NCBI GenBank assembly: GCA_964354105.1 | Contig: CAYGXM010000004.1 | Location: 5,193 to 69,192, forward strand | Reading direction: 5' to 3' | Source of the DNA: Candidatus Woesearchaeota archaeon | GTDB taxonomy: Archaea > Nanobdellota > Nanobdellia > UBA10117 | DNA: 64,000 bases | Part shown: piece by piece, positions 48,901 to 56,162 of the stretch | Position numbering within the stretch: position 1 is the stretch's first letter | How the letters are laid out: each line of letters begins with the position of its first letter | Translations under genes and position numbers: made by a program | The notes under the pieces: generated by a model | Told to the model about the DNA's origin: nothing | Databases searched by the model: none | What the model saw: only the letters and a program-made list of their open reading frames with translations

Positions 48901-51425
48901 TAAATATCCCAGCCATTGCCGCAGGCTGTGTTGTTTACTAATATATTATTAGAACCCACGACAAGGTATATGCCCGCATTATTATTATTGAATGTGTTTC
49001 CATACAGAGCGTTGTAGTCTGAGTTGGAGGCGAAGTAGATGCCATCATTCGAATTGTTGCTGGCTGTGTTGTTTCTTAAATCGTTGTGCGAGCTTGTCTT
49101 GAGATGGATGCCATGATTTAAATTGTTATTAAATGTGTTTCCTGCCACCCAATTATTAGAGCTGGAGTTGAGCAAGATGCCATACTGATTATTGCTGGCT
49201 GTGTTGGAGGATATATTATTATAGGTACCAGAGTGGAGGGAGACGCCATAGTAAAAGTTGTTTAATATGCAATTTTTGACTGTTGCCCCGCCATAATTTA
49301 CCAGCTTGACGCCGCTATAAGGGCTTCCTATATGAGCGCCGGTTATTGTATGGCCAGTGCAGTCTATTGTAGTGTCATTTGCAGCTATTGTGAAGCAATC
49401 TCCTGGTACACCAGTTATATTATTTGTTAAAGCGTAATAGCCCCCTTCGGTGTTTAAAGTCTGGCAGTCAGAGATTAAAGTTGCTGTGATAGGCACGCAA
49501 ATCAATTGCGGACTGTAGCTTAACAGCTTTTCACATCTGTTAATTCCCGTATTATTCCCATATAGTGTATCTGAGATATCATGACCATAACCTCCGTAGG
49601 CCAGGTTATTGTTTAGTACATTGTTATATGAGCTTTCGAGCCAGATGTTGCCGTTCGAATTGTTAGTGACTGTGTTACCTGTCAACAAATTATTATCGCT
49701 GGAGTCGAGCATGACGCCGTATCTGCCGTTGCTGACTATATTATTAATAATACTATTACTGCTGGAATCCATGCCCATGTAGAGGCCGTAAGTAAAGTTG
49801 TATACGCCGCAATTTTTGATTGTCGCGCCACTAACAGCGTTTCCCACCTTGATGCCTTCAGTATAGTAGTCACCACCTGTTATTGAATGGCCCATGCAGT
49901 CTAGTGTGATATCATTTGCGGATATTGTGAAACAATCTCCTGTTATGCCAGTTATGTCATTCATTAAAGTGTAATAGGCTCCTGTAGTGTTTAAATCCTG
50001 GCAATTGGTTAGGTTAAAAGGATTGTAAGGGGTTAAGGTGAGGGCAGTTCTAGTTTCTGAATGGCCTATGTTGCCTGCAGCATCATCGGCGTATGCAGTA
50101 TAGGTGTGCGTGCCCAAAGACAAGCTAGTTGTGTAATCGCAGGTTACAGAATTTCCAGTGCCTATTTTTGTCATTGAATAAGTTGAACCATCGATGTCGA
50201 GCCAGCAGGAATTTATTGATGAATTGGCGTCTACTGCAGAAACATTAACAGTTATTGTATATGGAGGCAATACAAATGTACCATTAGCAGGCGTAGGGTC
50301 TATAAAATATACTGTAGGAATAATCATGTCAGAGCTATTGTAATAAGGCGTGACATCTGCTACAGTCAGGCCGCTGAGCTTTACAGGATCCGGTGCTCCG
50401 CCCCAATAATTGTAAGTCAGGTCATTGTTTGTGCTGCCGGTGCTTTGGGCATTGTATAATACATTGTCGTATATGAGGTTTTGCTTTGCACTATTATTAT
50501 AAGAATTGTTAAGTGTAAGGCCATATTGATTGTACTGTATCCTATTTGTGATAATATTATTATACCTGCTTTCGTTAAAATAAATGCCCCGGGTATTATT
50601 TTGAATTGTGTTATCAGTAATGTTAGAGGCGTCTACACCCATAAATTTGATTCCGTATGCCCCAAACTTTATCGTGTTTCCTGCTATGCTGAAATCATGA
50701 ACCGGGTGAACAAATTCGTGGTCGATAAGAATATTTTCATTGGTGGCTCCGCCTAATATGTCATTGTAGTCTATTATGACGTATGAAGAATCATATGTAT
50801 AAATGTTTTTACCGTTATTGGCAAAGGTATTATGGGTTATACTGCTATTGGCGCTAAAAAGACTTTGAAAGAAAACGCCTTGCTGGCTCCAAGAAATTGT
50901 GTTATCAGAGATTCTTATATTTGACGCTCCGTATGCGTGAATACCATCATACCACTTTGTTATGTTGCAGTTTTTAATTTCGATATTTTGTATTTCAGTT
51001 GTAAGTGGCCATATGAGTATCGCAACTTGCTGCGGATCGGCTGTATCCAATCTATATCTGCCTTCGATTGCAAATCCATTACAATCGAAAGTAACATCGC
51101 TTGCTTGAATAGTAATGCAATAGCCAGCTGAGCTGTTAAGTATGTTCCCACTTAACGAATAAGAACCGGAAGAAGAAATTGTTTGGCAGCTTGAAACTTC
51201 TACACCGCCGCCGCCAGGCAAGCCGCCGATGCCTAAACTTTGCGGCGCAGGTTCTGGAGGCTGCATCTGTGGCTGCTCAGGAGCAGAATTTTCCGGTGCA
51301 TTTGCATCCGGCAGATCAACGCTGAAAAGCCCTGTGAGATTTGCACTTGACGCTACTACAACTAGCGCACCTACTGCAACTAGCACTAGGACTAGAATAC
51401 TAACTTGGCCTTGCCTCCTACACAT
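39981..51425 (-). CDS. 3814-aa surface protein with nine parallel-beta-helix (PbH1/NosD-like) modules and C-terminal 'X' domain
   Basis: N-terminal anchor or signal 'VSILVLVLVAVGALVVVASSA'. Nine caps of the form 'C..I...G.Y.L..NI....C..I.A..V.LDC.GH.I.G', each followed by runs of approximately 22-aa 'NNTA.NN..GI.L..S..N.L' repeats. Interspersed Ig-like and Cys-rich modules. X domain in the last 284 aa. Confidence 0.85.
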   Translation of the reverse strand: MCRRQGQVSILVLVLVAVGALVVVASSANLTGLFSVDLPDANAPENSAPEQPQMQPPEPAPQSLGIGGLPGGGGVEVSSCQTISSSGSYSLSGNILNSSAGYCITIQASDVTFDCNGFAIEGRYRLDTADPQQVAILIWPLTTEIQNIEIKNCNITKWYDGIHAYGASNIRISDNTISWSQQGVFFQSLFSANSSITHNTFANNGKNIYTYDSSYVIIDYNDILGGATNENILIDHEFVHPVHDFSIAGNTIKFGAYGIKFMGVDASNITDNTIQNNTRGIYFNESRYNNIITNRIQYNQYGLTLNNSYNNSAKQNLIYDNVLYNAQSTGSTNNDLTYNYWGGAPDPVKLSGLTVADVTPYYNSSDMIIPTVYFIDPTPANGTFVLPPYTITVNVSAVDANSSINSCWLDIDGSTYSMTKIGTGNSVTCDYTTSLSLGTHTYTAYADDAAGNIGHSETRTALTLTPYNPFNLTNCQDLNTTGAYYTLMNDITGITGDCFTISANDITLDCMGHSITGGDYYTEGIKVGNAVSGATIKNCGVYNFTYGLYMGMDSSSNSIINNIVSNGRYGVMLDSSDNNLLTGNTVTNNSNGNIWLESSYNNVLNNNLAYGGYGHDISDTLYGNNTGINRCEKLLSYSPQLICVPITATLISDCQTLNTEGGYYALTNNITGVPGDCFTIAANDTTIDCTGHTITGAHIGSPYSGVKLVNYGGATVKNCILNNFYYGVSLHSGTYNNISSNTASNNQYGILLNSSSNNWVAGNTFNNNLNHGIHLKTSSHNDLRNNTASNNSNDGIYFASNSDYNALYGNTFNNNNAGIYLVVGSNNILVNNTACGNGWDIYIFGGSYGNSGDNICTTLNDESGEYLLTCSRICATPISGCQNITSPGVYRLTQNIINSPVTSSCIDIRANDVTLDCGGHTIDGIDSGAAKGIVADGRQYITIKNCVTSDWRYGMYINANSASSEIINNTFSSNFVGFSAYNSIYLTITNNLVTADNDVGMELAYSSHNTLTGNTANSFGLFNSSNNMLIQNTANNGGFNIYGQIYPVLISSGNVLTGNTAINSDNGFTIDANCNLNTLTSNTASNNYYGIAIYSNNNTIINNVASNNQHGIYLTAASNNNVTNNTFNSNGVRGITLENGGSNNFFETNTIWNNSGLGIAIGFEGGYPSTGIVVRGNNISNNGQRITTEGGAEAAGMSVYGTYISIYSNYFYNNGAAIGGAIGGTAIEAGGMTGSVIVGNTFEYHSYAGINNLGTGNMILDNYFHNSNPNDGNGGQDIYIPSNTIVRNNVVDSDGRCLEGSGSNVIFERNNITNCGTIYGTQWFNPSSSTIAHNIFNTQLKLGGGSGNSIYDNKFMYGVTSTATNSWNTTKTSGPNIIGGPYIAGNYWPTYGGEDLNGDLIGDTDLPFTSLGGITVGGDYAPLVTAPVLITNCMNITTPGTYSLQNDIAYSGSGAGSVCFNIKADGVVLDCNGHTIASIAGGEHGIFANGKTGVTVRNCIITDFTRGIYFQFSPNGKIINNTADSNLFGIYIYDSANSRLTNNTANNNRQEGIRIQSTTNNILTGNTATNNTDRGIVIDNADSNTLTSNTACANKNKDIYLTSDSTGNSGDNTCTNKQDDDANTGLTCTIGSCPDVTAPIVTFVTPPTPANGADFLPPATIDINVDAINSGIVTSCTLIWNGIEEPLPITMGDGTSHVMCGKTKTGLLPGTYTFKAKANDNSGNIGYTEQRTITVTADTTIPTVSFVPPTPSDGAIIRTATIAVNVTANDARLAISSCTLTWNGIDESMTITSGAGTSSVVCEKSKTSLADGTYTFKVKADDTAGNMGYTEQRTVYVALSAITGCKNITMPGSYVLANNIANSTADICINVQTSNVELNCQNYMIDGITKLDSIGVYAENRNNVTIKNCAVTEWYYGIKFSNSDNGVILNNTACKNIVKDILLSADSNGNSGDNTCKNLQDLDSNSVTCSKRCGKPLYSCGIITVPDYYILANNLTATGSGSCIDIQADNVELDCVGYAINKDYIYADKGVNIANRANITVNNCFITGMEHGIYVLNANACTFNNNTFKANAAGQNAHGIYASNINGSSITNNKVLGITRSGGYGHGIVLNGVNDYVAGNYIDASPYGDYGLALSKVSSSTIYNNTIRYGRIGIGSYDISSNNNISFNDARNAQLYGLAINDSTSDQILYNTFSNNYQQGALLINVSYSNIAFNTFNNNAQYGIWLYNYWGIIIYPNTPSYILSAGSNNNTLNNNNASYNGLSGFVTAKSVNNIFTGNSAFNNGEHGIFFNWAGTDTGSLLNTYLSNNIVEYNNKNGIYCYRSAYTNCYLQDNTAVYNNQSGINFDIYYLAYPHPQNILLNNNASYNKGYGVYIFKGFLDNISNNNINYNGLSGFNATPWMGNFTNNIVSYNNQYGASFSGVTGGITGTIDNNVFNNNNLSGLYFGAAANYSIANANITNNHAENNKNNGIILENGGLTNLIGNSVVQNSQDGIYLNSSPGNNLINNYIEYNSQSGITTLDSDYNNIISNTIAYNNWTGINLGTYSDNASVMFNDVELNGLGISDGKGISAMSSNNIKIDYNNITNSYYGIYSYNTYGATKKGNAISYTTYAVYGSVSGTDPIEDNVINYADVGITLDSTDATDITNNILNNVNTGIVLSESIDNTVTYNTVYYVVTPFVCDYSQGICGEVNSIHNNSFQQVPPVEFMCNDLIDNDADQLIDCADPDCAQNPICAPIVPAITFTEPPTPFDGATVATDSITFQIQVTEQAPPPPVCGNQIVDAGEVCDQSATPNGCPSGYTCTDCTSCTPPAPTCTDPDGTNLYTATCVSTSEGQQLCDDCGLNYMGVSATGPSPIREAICSGSTAVYYDTYCPKGYVCDEGACVGGQGISTSGSATKTFGASSITSATLYFDSNPYTMPCTQIDPTTADCTVTINNIANGWHSYYATATDSYSRTGMSATRTVNVNVQAAFCGNEIIEAGELCDPPGGTNGCFNGNSFSPSYEPNLVCNADCTACITPTACTDTDGGINYIVKGKTCIDGDCMADGCIVDGNIDLREYYCSGGSRLYQDILCEVEFGPGWTCLNGACVAPQPTEIPVYGCQSLDQAGATYILQNNIDDGYDQCFSFYASNIILDCGGHTIAGTGYGSGNGIYAESVNGITVKNCIITNFDNGIQFNSVQNSNLINNTVHDNWQAGIFLYYNSNDNLVSNNHVCNNEYDNNIVIEGSASNIGVNICNGPSGDTGDNPQLTCTPCPVPEICNNQIDDDGDQLIDCADSDCAQDPYCLPIIITECQSLDQAGKTYQLQTDITQPSREPCITILADNVVLDCNDQSLIGPGVSTGWTGIMAQSRNNVLIKNCVIRDWGTAISLRHISNSRLTNNNIYDNQQGIRFDQSSSYNTIDGNTISSNVGGGLSIGMQSGLNSIYNNNISYNLDGIIVMAGSNNNNLTDNIACANRNNDIFLTQDSTGNSGSDNTCDYLRDDDANTGLTCSQSCPPVPEVCNNNKDDDRDDLIDCADSDCAQDPVCAVTIPSRDATNLPAAVLIAPFYTTSAGDTTIILTNTGTITEYVKAYFISADGCFVSDMSFTLTRNQPYPPFLVSDIAPGTTGYMIAYTSDMNGNALGHNTLIGSVEFKEEDTGHYGSYNMIGFRSLNGLAGPTGSLRFDGVYLEKWPNTLLMPGYLASDTDSDNNLALMSPLTNLADGSSFTPVTNVFTAYSESGSGQSIAQTLNSCYLYTPLNSISSAFSRNDLGSETGTIKIQASGTTPAILGAYVHYDVNERSLPNAYSGVNVLAGTCTGGCPTVIINYPGEEA
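39986..39990 (-). promoter_or_regulatory. GGAGG Shine-Dalgarno inside the last codons of the 3814-aa ORF, 6 nt before the ATG of the 1808-aa ORF
   Basis: The minus strand reads ...GGAGAGGAGGCTTAAGATGAAAACC. The TAA stop (39981-83) and the ATG (39977-79) are separated by 1 nt. Confidence 0.55.
45925..46530 (-). repeat. tandem duplication of an approximately 100-aa Ig-like domain inside the 3814-aa ORF
   Basis: 'TAPIVTFVTPPTPANGADF...SCTLIWNGIEE...GTYTFKAKANDNSGNIGYTEQRTITV' is followed by 'TIPTVSFVPPTPSDGAII...SCTLTWNGIDE...GTYTFKVKADDTAGNMGYTEQRTVYV'. Confidence 0.8.
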
Positions 51426-51449
51426 ATCTCTTATTTAGCTAATATGTAA

Positions 51450-51457
51450 TATATAAA
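51450..51457 (-). promoter_or_regulatory. TATA-box-like TTTATATA about 27 nt upstream of the giant-gene ATG (suggests a leaderless or short-leader mRNA)
   Basis: The reverse complement of 'tatataaa' at 51450-51457 matches the archaeal TTTAWATA consensus. The ATG is at 51425. Confidence 0.4.
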
Positions 51458-51537
51458 TCTTTGCAAAATTAAGAATTAGTGAAAATCTCAGTTTTGTTGT
51501 CCATTTAATTTTGGGGACAATCAAAACTGCTTGGCCA

Positions 51538-51569
51538 AATTAATTCCTCAACTAAAATGGAATTAATTT
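51538..51569 (-). terminator. 11-bp perfect inverted repeat (AAATTAATTCC-N10-GGAATTAATTT) just downstream of the TPR gene stop
   Basis: Read directly from the sequence. It lies between the stop at 51609 and the giant-gene promoter region. Confidence 0.3.
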
Positions 51570-51608
51570 GACAGATTTTCACCGAGCAAAAATTATTTTT
51601 AAAGAAAA

Positions 51609-54038
51609 TTAGTTATTTTTAGATAAATCTTCAATTATGGCTTTAATTTTCTCTTCACAGTTTAAATTTTTAGCGAAAGCCAGCCATCTTTTAATATCTT
51701 CTGTTACTTCTTCCTCGACAGATTTTGTTAAAGGCGCTGCCTCGTTGCTTTTTAAAGGATGCTTTTGTAATATTTCTGCAGTTTCCTCAAAAAATTTTCC
51801 CCTTTCCTTCCCGCCGCTATACACGCCTTGAGAATATTTGGCAAATGCGGCTATTTTTGTATTGCCTATACGTGTCGCATACTCATCTGCACGAACAAAT
51901 GTTTCTTTGGCTTTTAAAGAATTGCCCAACTCTTCATACGCTGCGCCTAATGTCTGCAACAATGCAGGTACGGGCAGCAAATAGTTTACTTCAGAAAGTT
52001 TTCTAAATCCTTCCTCTCCAATTTCAATTGCCTTTTTAAAATTTTTAGTGTTCATGTGCAAACTCGCCAGATTATTCAGAATTTTTCCTACATCTGCAAA
52101 GTCTTTTATTTCTTCAAAAGTCTCTTTGGCAGCAAGAAATGTTTTTTCTGCCTCTGCATAGTTTTTTTCAGATTTGTATATGAGTCCGCGCTGGTTCAAG
52201 ACATTTCCAAGCATTTTTTTGCTGTTTGTTTCTCTGGCAAAATACTCTGCTTTTTCTAGCTCTCTGGTGGCTTCGCTGTTTTTGCCAATGTGTGTAAAAC
52301 TGCCTGCTCTGTGATAATGAGCTTCGGCTAAGCCATTTTTTTGATTTAGTTCCGTTAAAAGTATGATTGCTTCATCTAGTTTAGGAAATGCAGAATCGTT
52401 GCGGTATTTGTCCTTTATTGCCTTACCCCATACCAAAAGAGCTTTTGCTTGCAGCCTTTTGTCTTGAAGTTCTTTTGCCAGATTGTATGCTTTTTCTCCG
52501 TCTTCCTCGAGCAAGTTTGAATTGCCGTGCGCGCTTTCGACATCCAGTTTTTTCTCCAGGGTTTCGAGCTGCGCGGACTTGTCTTTCAAAAGATCAAGGA
52601 CCTGCTGGTATTTCCTTATGGCGCTTTCAAAGTTTGATGTATCCGTGAACTGTTCTGCAGCAACCTTTGCCCAGTCTATAACTTTTGCTTCATCTTTTGC
52701 AGATTCGTAAAGTTCTGCCAGCAACGGGCTGAACTGCTTGGCTCGTCCTTTGTAAACAAATTCTATTGCTTCCGCAATGGTTTTGTAAAACTCCGGCTGG
52801 TCTTTATAAGATTCCAGGGCTTTCTTGGCAATTTTGGAATTTGCGGGCTTCAAGTCTTTCAAAAGCTTGTTCTCGATAAGATAAGACATGCAGTTCATTA
52901 TTGTTTTTCCATCAATGCCGAGGGTCTCTGCTGCCTTGCTTAGAACTTCGCTGTCTGCTGCAGATTTTGCTGCAGCAGCTATGGCAAGAAATTGCGCGGC
53001 AGATTCGGGCGCATCCTTAAATTTATTTTGCAAATCTTTTTCAAAGCCTTCTGGAGAATATAAAGGCAGATACTGAATCTTATCTTGGTGTTCATCTCTG
53101 ATTTCGCGTAAATTATCGTTTCCGAGCTCTTCTTCCAAGCCTAATTTATCAACTTCATATGACCCAACAATAAATATTTTGGATTTTGGCGCGCTTCTGA
53201 TTATGTGCTCCAGGGCTGCAGCGTTTGTCTCGTCAAGCTGCTCTAGATTCTCTAAATACAATACAATTGGCTTGCCTGCAGACCTTTTTTCCAATATCTG
53301 CAAGGTCTTGTCGTTTCGCCTGGCTTGCTCATACTTGAAGCTGTCGAGGTCGCGCTCTCCGCTGTATCTTTTATCAGAAGTTATCTCCTGGAGTTTCCCG
53401 TTCAGGTAATTGATAAGAGGGTGTGTCTCATCAACAGTATTGTCCCACTCCACTATCTCCTGTTTTTTCTCGCTTTCAATGTCGCCTGTAATCTTGTACA
53501 AAATTTCTTTTATACTATTATCTTCAGTGGGAGATTCGTACATTATGGACGCTGCAATATGCGGTCTTGCCACAACTGCAAATTTTAAATCGCCGTCTCC
53601 TAAAATGTTGTCTGCGCTGCCTTCGCGGCCCAGTTTTTGTACAGTGTCCTTTATGAAAGATACAACCGCCTGCGTCATGCCGGTGTGCAATTCAGAGTCT
53701 AATGTGCTCTCTAAGCCCAGGCGCTCATATTTAGCCATAAGCACTCCCGAAGTATCGCTTATATAACCGCCCAGGATCTTTGAGGGCCTTTCTATCCTCA
53801 AATGTTTTGCATCTTCTGGCAAAATCTGCTCGCCGAAATGGCCCGGCTTTGCAACATCTGCAGTTCTGAAATCATAACCTAGAGCCTCTGCTTGTTTCTT
53901 CAAATATGCTAAAGGTTCTTTATTTGCGCCTGCTTCTATAGGAATAAACAAGGTGGCTTTTCTGTCCTTTTCACCCAGGCTTGAAAGATAGCTATCTAAA
54001 GTGCTTTCATAATCCTTCTTTGCTTCAGGAGTTGCCAT
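51609..54038 (-). CDS. TPR-repeat protein with degenerate STAND/AAA_16-like N-terminal region
   Basis: C-terminal approximately 350 aa of TPR-like repeats ('AEAHYHRAGSF...', 'GNVLNQRGLIYKSEKNYAEAEKTF', 'LNNLASLHMNTKNFKKAIEI'). P-loop-like 'LFIPIEAGANKEPL' (GxxK kept, S/T lost). Walker-B-like 'PIVLYLENLEQLDE'. Confidence 0.65.
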   Translation of the reverse strand: MATPEAKKDYESTLDSYLSSLGEKDRKATLFIPIEAGANKEPLAYLKKQAEALGYDFRTADVAKPGHFGEQILPEDAKHLRIERPSKILGGYISDTSGVLMAKYERLGLESTLDSELHTGMTQAVVSFIKDTVQKLGREGSADNILGDGDLKFAVVARPHIAASIMYESPTEDNSIKEILYKITGDIESEKKQEIVEWDNTVDETHPLINYLNGKLQEITSDKRYSGERDLDSFKYEQARRNDKTLQILEKRSAGKPIVLYLENLEQLDETNAAALEHIIRSAPKSKIFIVGSYEVDKLGLEEELGNDNLREIRDEHQDKIQYLPLYSPEGFEKDLQNKFKDAPESAAQFLAIAAAAKSAADSEVLSKAAETLGIDGKTIMNCMSYLIENKLLKDLKPANSKIAKKALESYKDQPEFYKTIAEAIEFVYKGRAKQFSPLLAELYESAKDEAKVIDWAKVAAEQFTDTSNFESAIRKYQQVLDLLKDKSAQLETLEKKLDVESAHGNSNLLEEDGEKAYNLAKELQDKRLQAKALLVWGKAIKDKYRNDSAFPKLDEAIILLTELNQKNGLAEAHYHRAGSFTHIGKNSEATRELEKAEYFARETNSKKMLGNVLNQRGLIYKSEKNYAEAEKTFLAAKETFEEIKDFADVGKILNNLASLHMNTKNFKKAIEIGEEGFRKLSEVNYLLPVPALLQTLGAAYEELGNSLKAKETFVRADEYATRIGNTKIAAFAKYSQGVYSGGKERGKFFEETAEILQKHPLKSNEAAPLTKSVEEEVTEDIKRWLAFAKNLNCEEKIKAIIEDLSKNN

Positions 54039-54040
54039 TA

Positions 54041-54280
54041 TTATCTCTCCAGGAATAATGTATTAAGAGTAATTTTAACTACCTTTTCGTCCCCGCTTTT
54101 CTTGGCATCTGCAAGCCTTTCTTCAGGAGGTAATTTGTTATATGTATTTACCAAAGCTTCAGCATCTCCAAACTTAAAGAATTGGGCAAACCTTTGTTCA
54201 AGCTCTTTGGGCGTATAATCTGGCCTAGATTTGAAGTATTCAGGTATATCCACGCCTTCATAGATTTGTCCAGTTACCAT
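54041..54280 (-). CDS. small hypothetical protein (79 aa)
   Basis: ATG start. Its stop lies 2 nt before the ATG of the TPR gene. TATA-like box upstream. Confidence 0.45.
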   Translation of the reverse strand: MVTGQIYEGVDIPEYFKSRPDYTPKELEQRFAQFFKFGDAEALVNTYNKLPPEERLADAKKSGDEKVVKITLNTLFLER

Positions 54281-54303
54281 ATAGATAGAATATGTTTTAG
54301 CTA

Positions 54304-54311
54304 TATATAAA
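54304..54311 (-). promoter_or_regulatory. TATA-box-like TTTATATA about 27 nt upstream of the ATG at 54280
   Basis: Reverse complement of 'tatataaa'. Flanked by palindromes TAGCGAAC-AATA-GTTCGCTA and GTCAAATTA-GGCT-TAATTTGAC (54322-54371). Confidence 0.4.
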
Positions 54312-54383
54312 GCTTACTATATAGCGAACAATAGTTCGCTATCGTCAAATTAGGCTTAATTTGACATATAGCATTTAAGGGCT

Positions 54384-55223
54384 TTATAAATATCTTTTCT
54401 TATGCACGGTTAAATATCGCCTTATGAAATAATCCACAAAGCCCTTCTCTTTCCTGTGAAATGCCCTGTAATAAGACTTTCTTTTTGCATATTCAATAAT
54501 CAACATTGGATAACAATTATGCCAAAGGATGTAATTCATTATCAGCCGCCCTACTCTGCCATTTCCATCCCCAAAGGGATGTACTGTTTCAAATCGATAG
54601 TGCGCCCTTGCGGCTAATTCTACAGGGTTCATACCACTATCATTAACGAATTCTATAAAACCTGTCATAAGCCACTCTACATCCTGCCAGTCCGGAGCAA
54701 TATAAGTTCCAACTCTGACTAGAAAATCCCGAAAACGGCCTGCAATATCGGGCTTAGTTTCACTAAATATCTCTTTGTGCCATTTTAACAGTAAATCTTT
54801 TGATATTTTCTCTTTTGTTGCCAACATTTCTAAAAATACTTTAAAATGCGCTTCAGTCTCTCTAATGTCTTTTAATGGCTTGTTCGGTGCTGTCTTGTCA
54901 ACTATTATCCCCCTAGTTTCATCTAAAGTAATGGTTGAGCCTTCAATAGCATTTGTGTTATAAGTAAACGCTATCGCTATCTCTTCATTTTCCCTTTGCT
55001 TGGCGCTTTCGGGAGATCTTTTCCATTCTTTCTGAAAATTATCATGTATCTTTTGCAGCTTATCATATAGTGCCTTTTGCCCTTCTTTTCTCAGTTCTTG
55101 TTTTATTTCCTCGATGTTCTTAGGGACGCTCTTTCCAAGGTACTTCTCTCGCGTCACTATTTTGCCGTCTTCTCTAAATGAGTGCTTTAGGTAAAAATAA
55201 CCATTCCTCTCGACGATTCTCAT
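54384..55223 (-). CDS. Fic/DOC-family protein (probable AMPylase) with intramolecular inhibitory motif
   Basis: Fic motif 'HPFGDGNGRVGR' (HxFx[D/E]GNGRxxR). Upstream 'TNAIEG' matches the [S/T]xxxE[G/N] inhibitory-helix motif. Confidence 0.85.
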   Translation of the reverse strand: MRIVERNGYFYLKHSFREDGKIVTREKYLGKSVPKNIEEIKQELRKEGQKALYDKLQKIHDNFQKEWKRSPESAKQRENEEIAIAFTYNTNAIEGSTITLDETRGIIVDKTAPNKPLKDIRETEAHFKVFLEMLATKEKISKDLLLKWHKEIFSETKPDIAGRFRDFLVRVGTYIAPDWQDVEWLMTGFIEFVNDSGMNPVELAARAHYRFETVHPFGDGNGRVGRLIMNYILWHNCYPMLIIEYAKRKSYYRAFHRKEKGFVDYFIRRYLTVHKKRYL

Positions 55224-55302
55224 AAGAATCTATACCCTTACAAGTATTTAAATATTTCGCTTCTATTGTATTTTGTAAGGGTAAGCCTAATAAGCTGCAT
55301 AA

Positions 55303-55500
55303 TTATTCAACATCAGCATTCGGCAGCTTGCCTTCGAATCTTTTCTGTTCCTGCAGGTAATGTCTTCTGCAGAGATAACTCCACCCTCTATCTTCATACT
55401 TTTTCCCTTTTAATAAGCAAGGATAAACTTCTCTGTAAGCTTTATTCTTGCATTTTCTGTCAGAGTCACATTTAGGCATTTCGGTTAGGGCTTCTTCCAC
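55303..55500 (-). CDS. small Cys-containing ORF (65 aa), uncertain
   Basis: Overlaps the endA stop by 16 nt. 'CDSDRKC...C...CRRH'. No recognisable family. Confidence 0.25.
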   Translation of the reverse strand: MEEALTEMPKCDSDRKCKNKAYREVYPCLLKGKKYEDRGWSYLCRRHYLQEQKRFEGKLPNADVE

Positions 55501-56162
55501 CTTATTTCATAATAAGTTACTTCGCCTTCAGCGTCTACTATTCCAACCAGAAGCCTTTTCCTTGTGCTATGCGCTACCCTGTTCATGGCTGCAAACTGCC
55601 TCCATGTCAAGGAATCGCCTTCGGCTGTCGCGAAAATCACCCATTTGGCGTGATCCTGGCCGGGCTTAATGCCCCTTGGATAAATCCTGTAATCTGCTCC
55701 AAACTTCAATGCAGTTTTAGTGATGTATCCGCGAGTCCTGATATCCTTATAAACCTGATAACGAGTCCAGAAGTTCTTTTCTGCCTTCTCTGCCTTCTTG
55801 CAGAACTGCTCAAAGTTCAGCTGTTTCTTGTTGTCAAAAACAATAAGCTTTCCCCTTTCTATCAGATAAAGAGCTTCATCCAGGGCCAGCTCAAGCCTCT
55901 TTTCCTTTATTCCATGAAGTTCTCCAAAAGAGCTCCTGTCATAGAACTGCTGGGCCAGCTGGAAATCCTCAGTAATAGCAACCCGGTTTCCAATAAGATG
56001 CCCTCTTATTGGCTCTTTAAGCTTGATTTCCTCAATAACAGTATTTGCAGATTCGGGCTTGTGCTGTTCTAAATCTATTTTTTCTACTTCTGCATCCTCT
56101 TCAGATTCTGCTATCTCTTTAAATGTTTCAGGCTTTTCTTTATGCTTATGCTTTTTTCCCAT
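55485..56162 (-). CDS. endA: tRNA-splicing endonuclease (EndA)
   Basis: Catalytic C-terminal domain 'ALKFGADYRIYPRG...DHAKWVIFA...AHSTRKRLLVGIVD' (Y/H/K triad context). N-terminal approximately 50-aa Lys/Glu-rich extension. Confidence 0.8.
   Translation of the reverse strand: MGKKHKHKEKPETFKEIAESEEDAEVEKIDLEQHKPESANTVIEEIKLKEPIRGHLIGNRVAITEDFQLAQQFYDRSSFGELHGIKEKRLELALDEALYLIERGKLIVFDNKKQLNFEQFCKKAEKAEKNFWTRYQVYKDIRTRGYITKTALKFGADYRIYPRGIKPGQDHAKWVIFATAEGDSLTWRQFAAMNRVAHSTRKRLLVGIVDAEGEVTYYEIRWKKP

Noticed and set aside
43300-50800. Highly periodic short repeats (period of approximately 66-69 nt) that might suggest a CRISPR array or a non-coding tandem repeat
   Set aside because: They lie in one long open frame and translate to the approximately 22-aa PbH1 beta-helix repeat. 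The units are degenerate at the DNA level, with no alternating conserved-repeat and unique-spacer structure.
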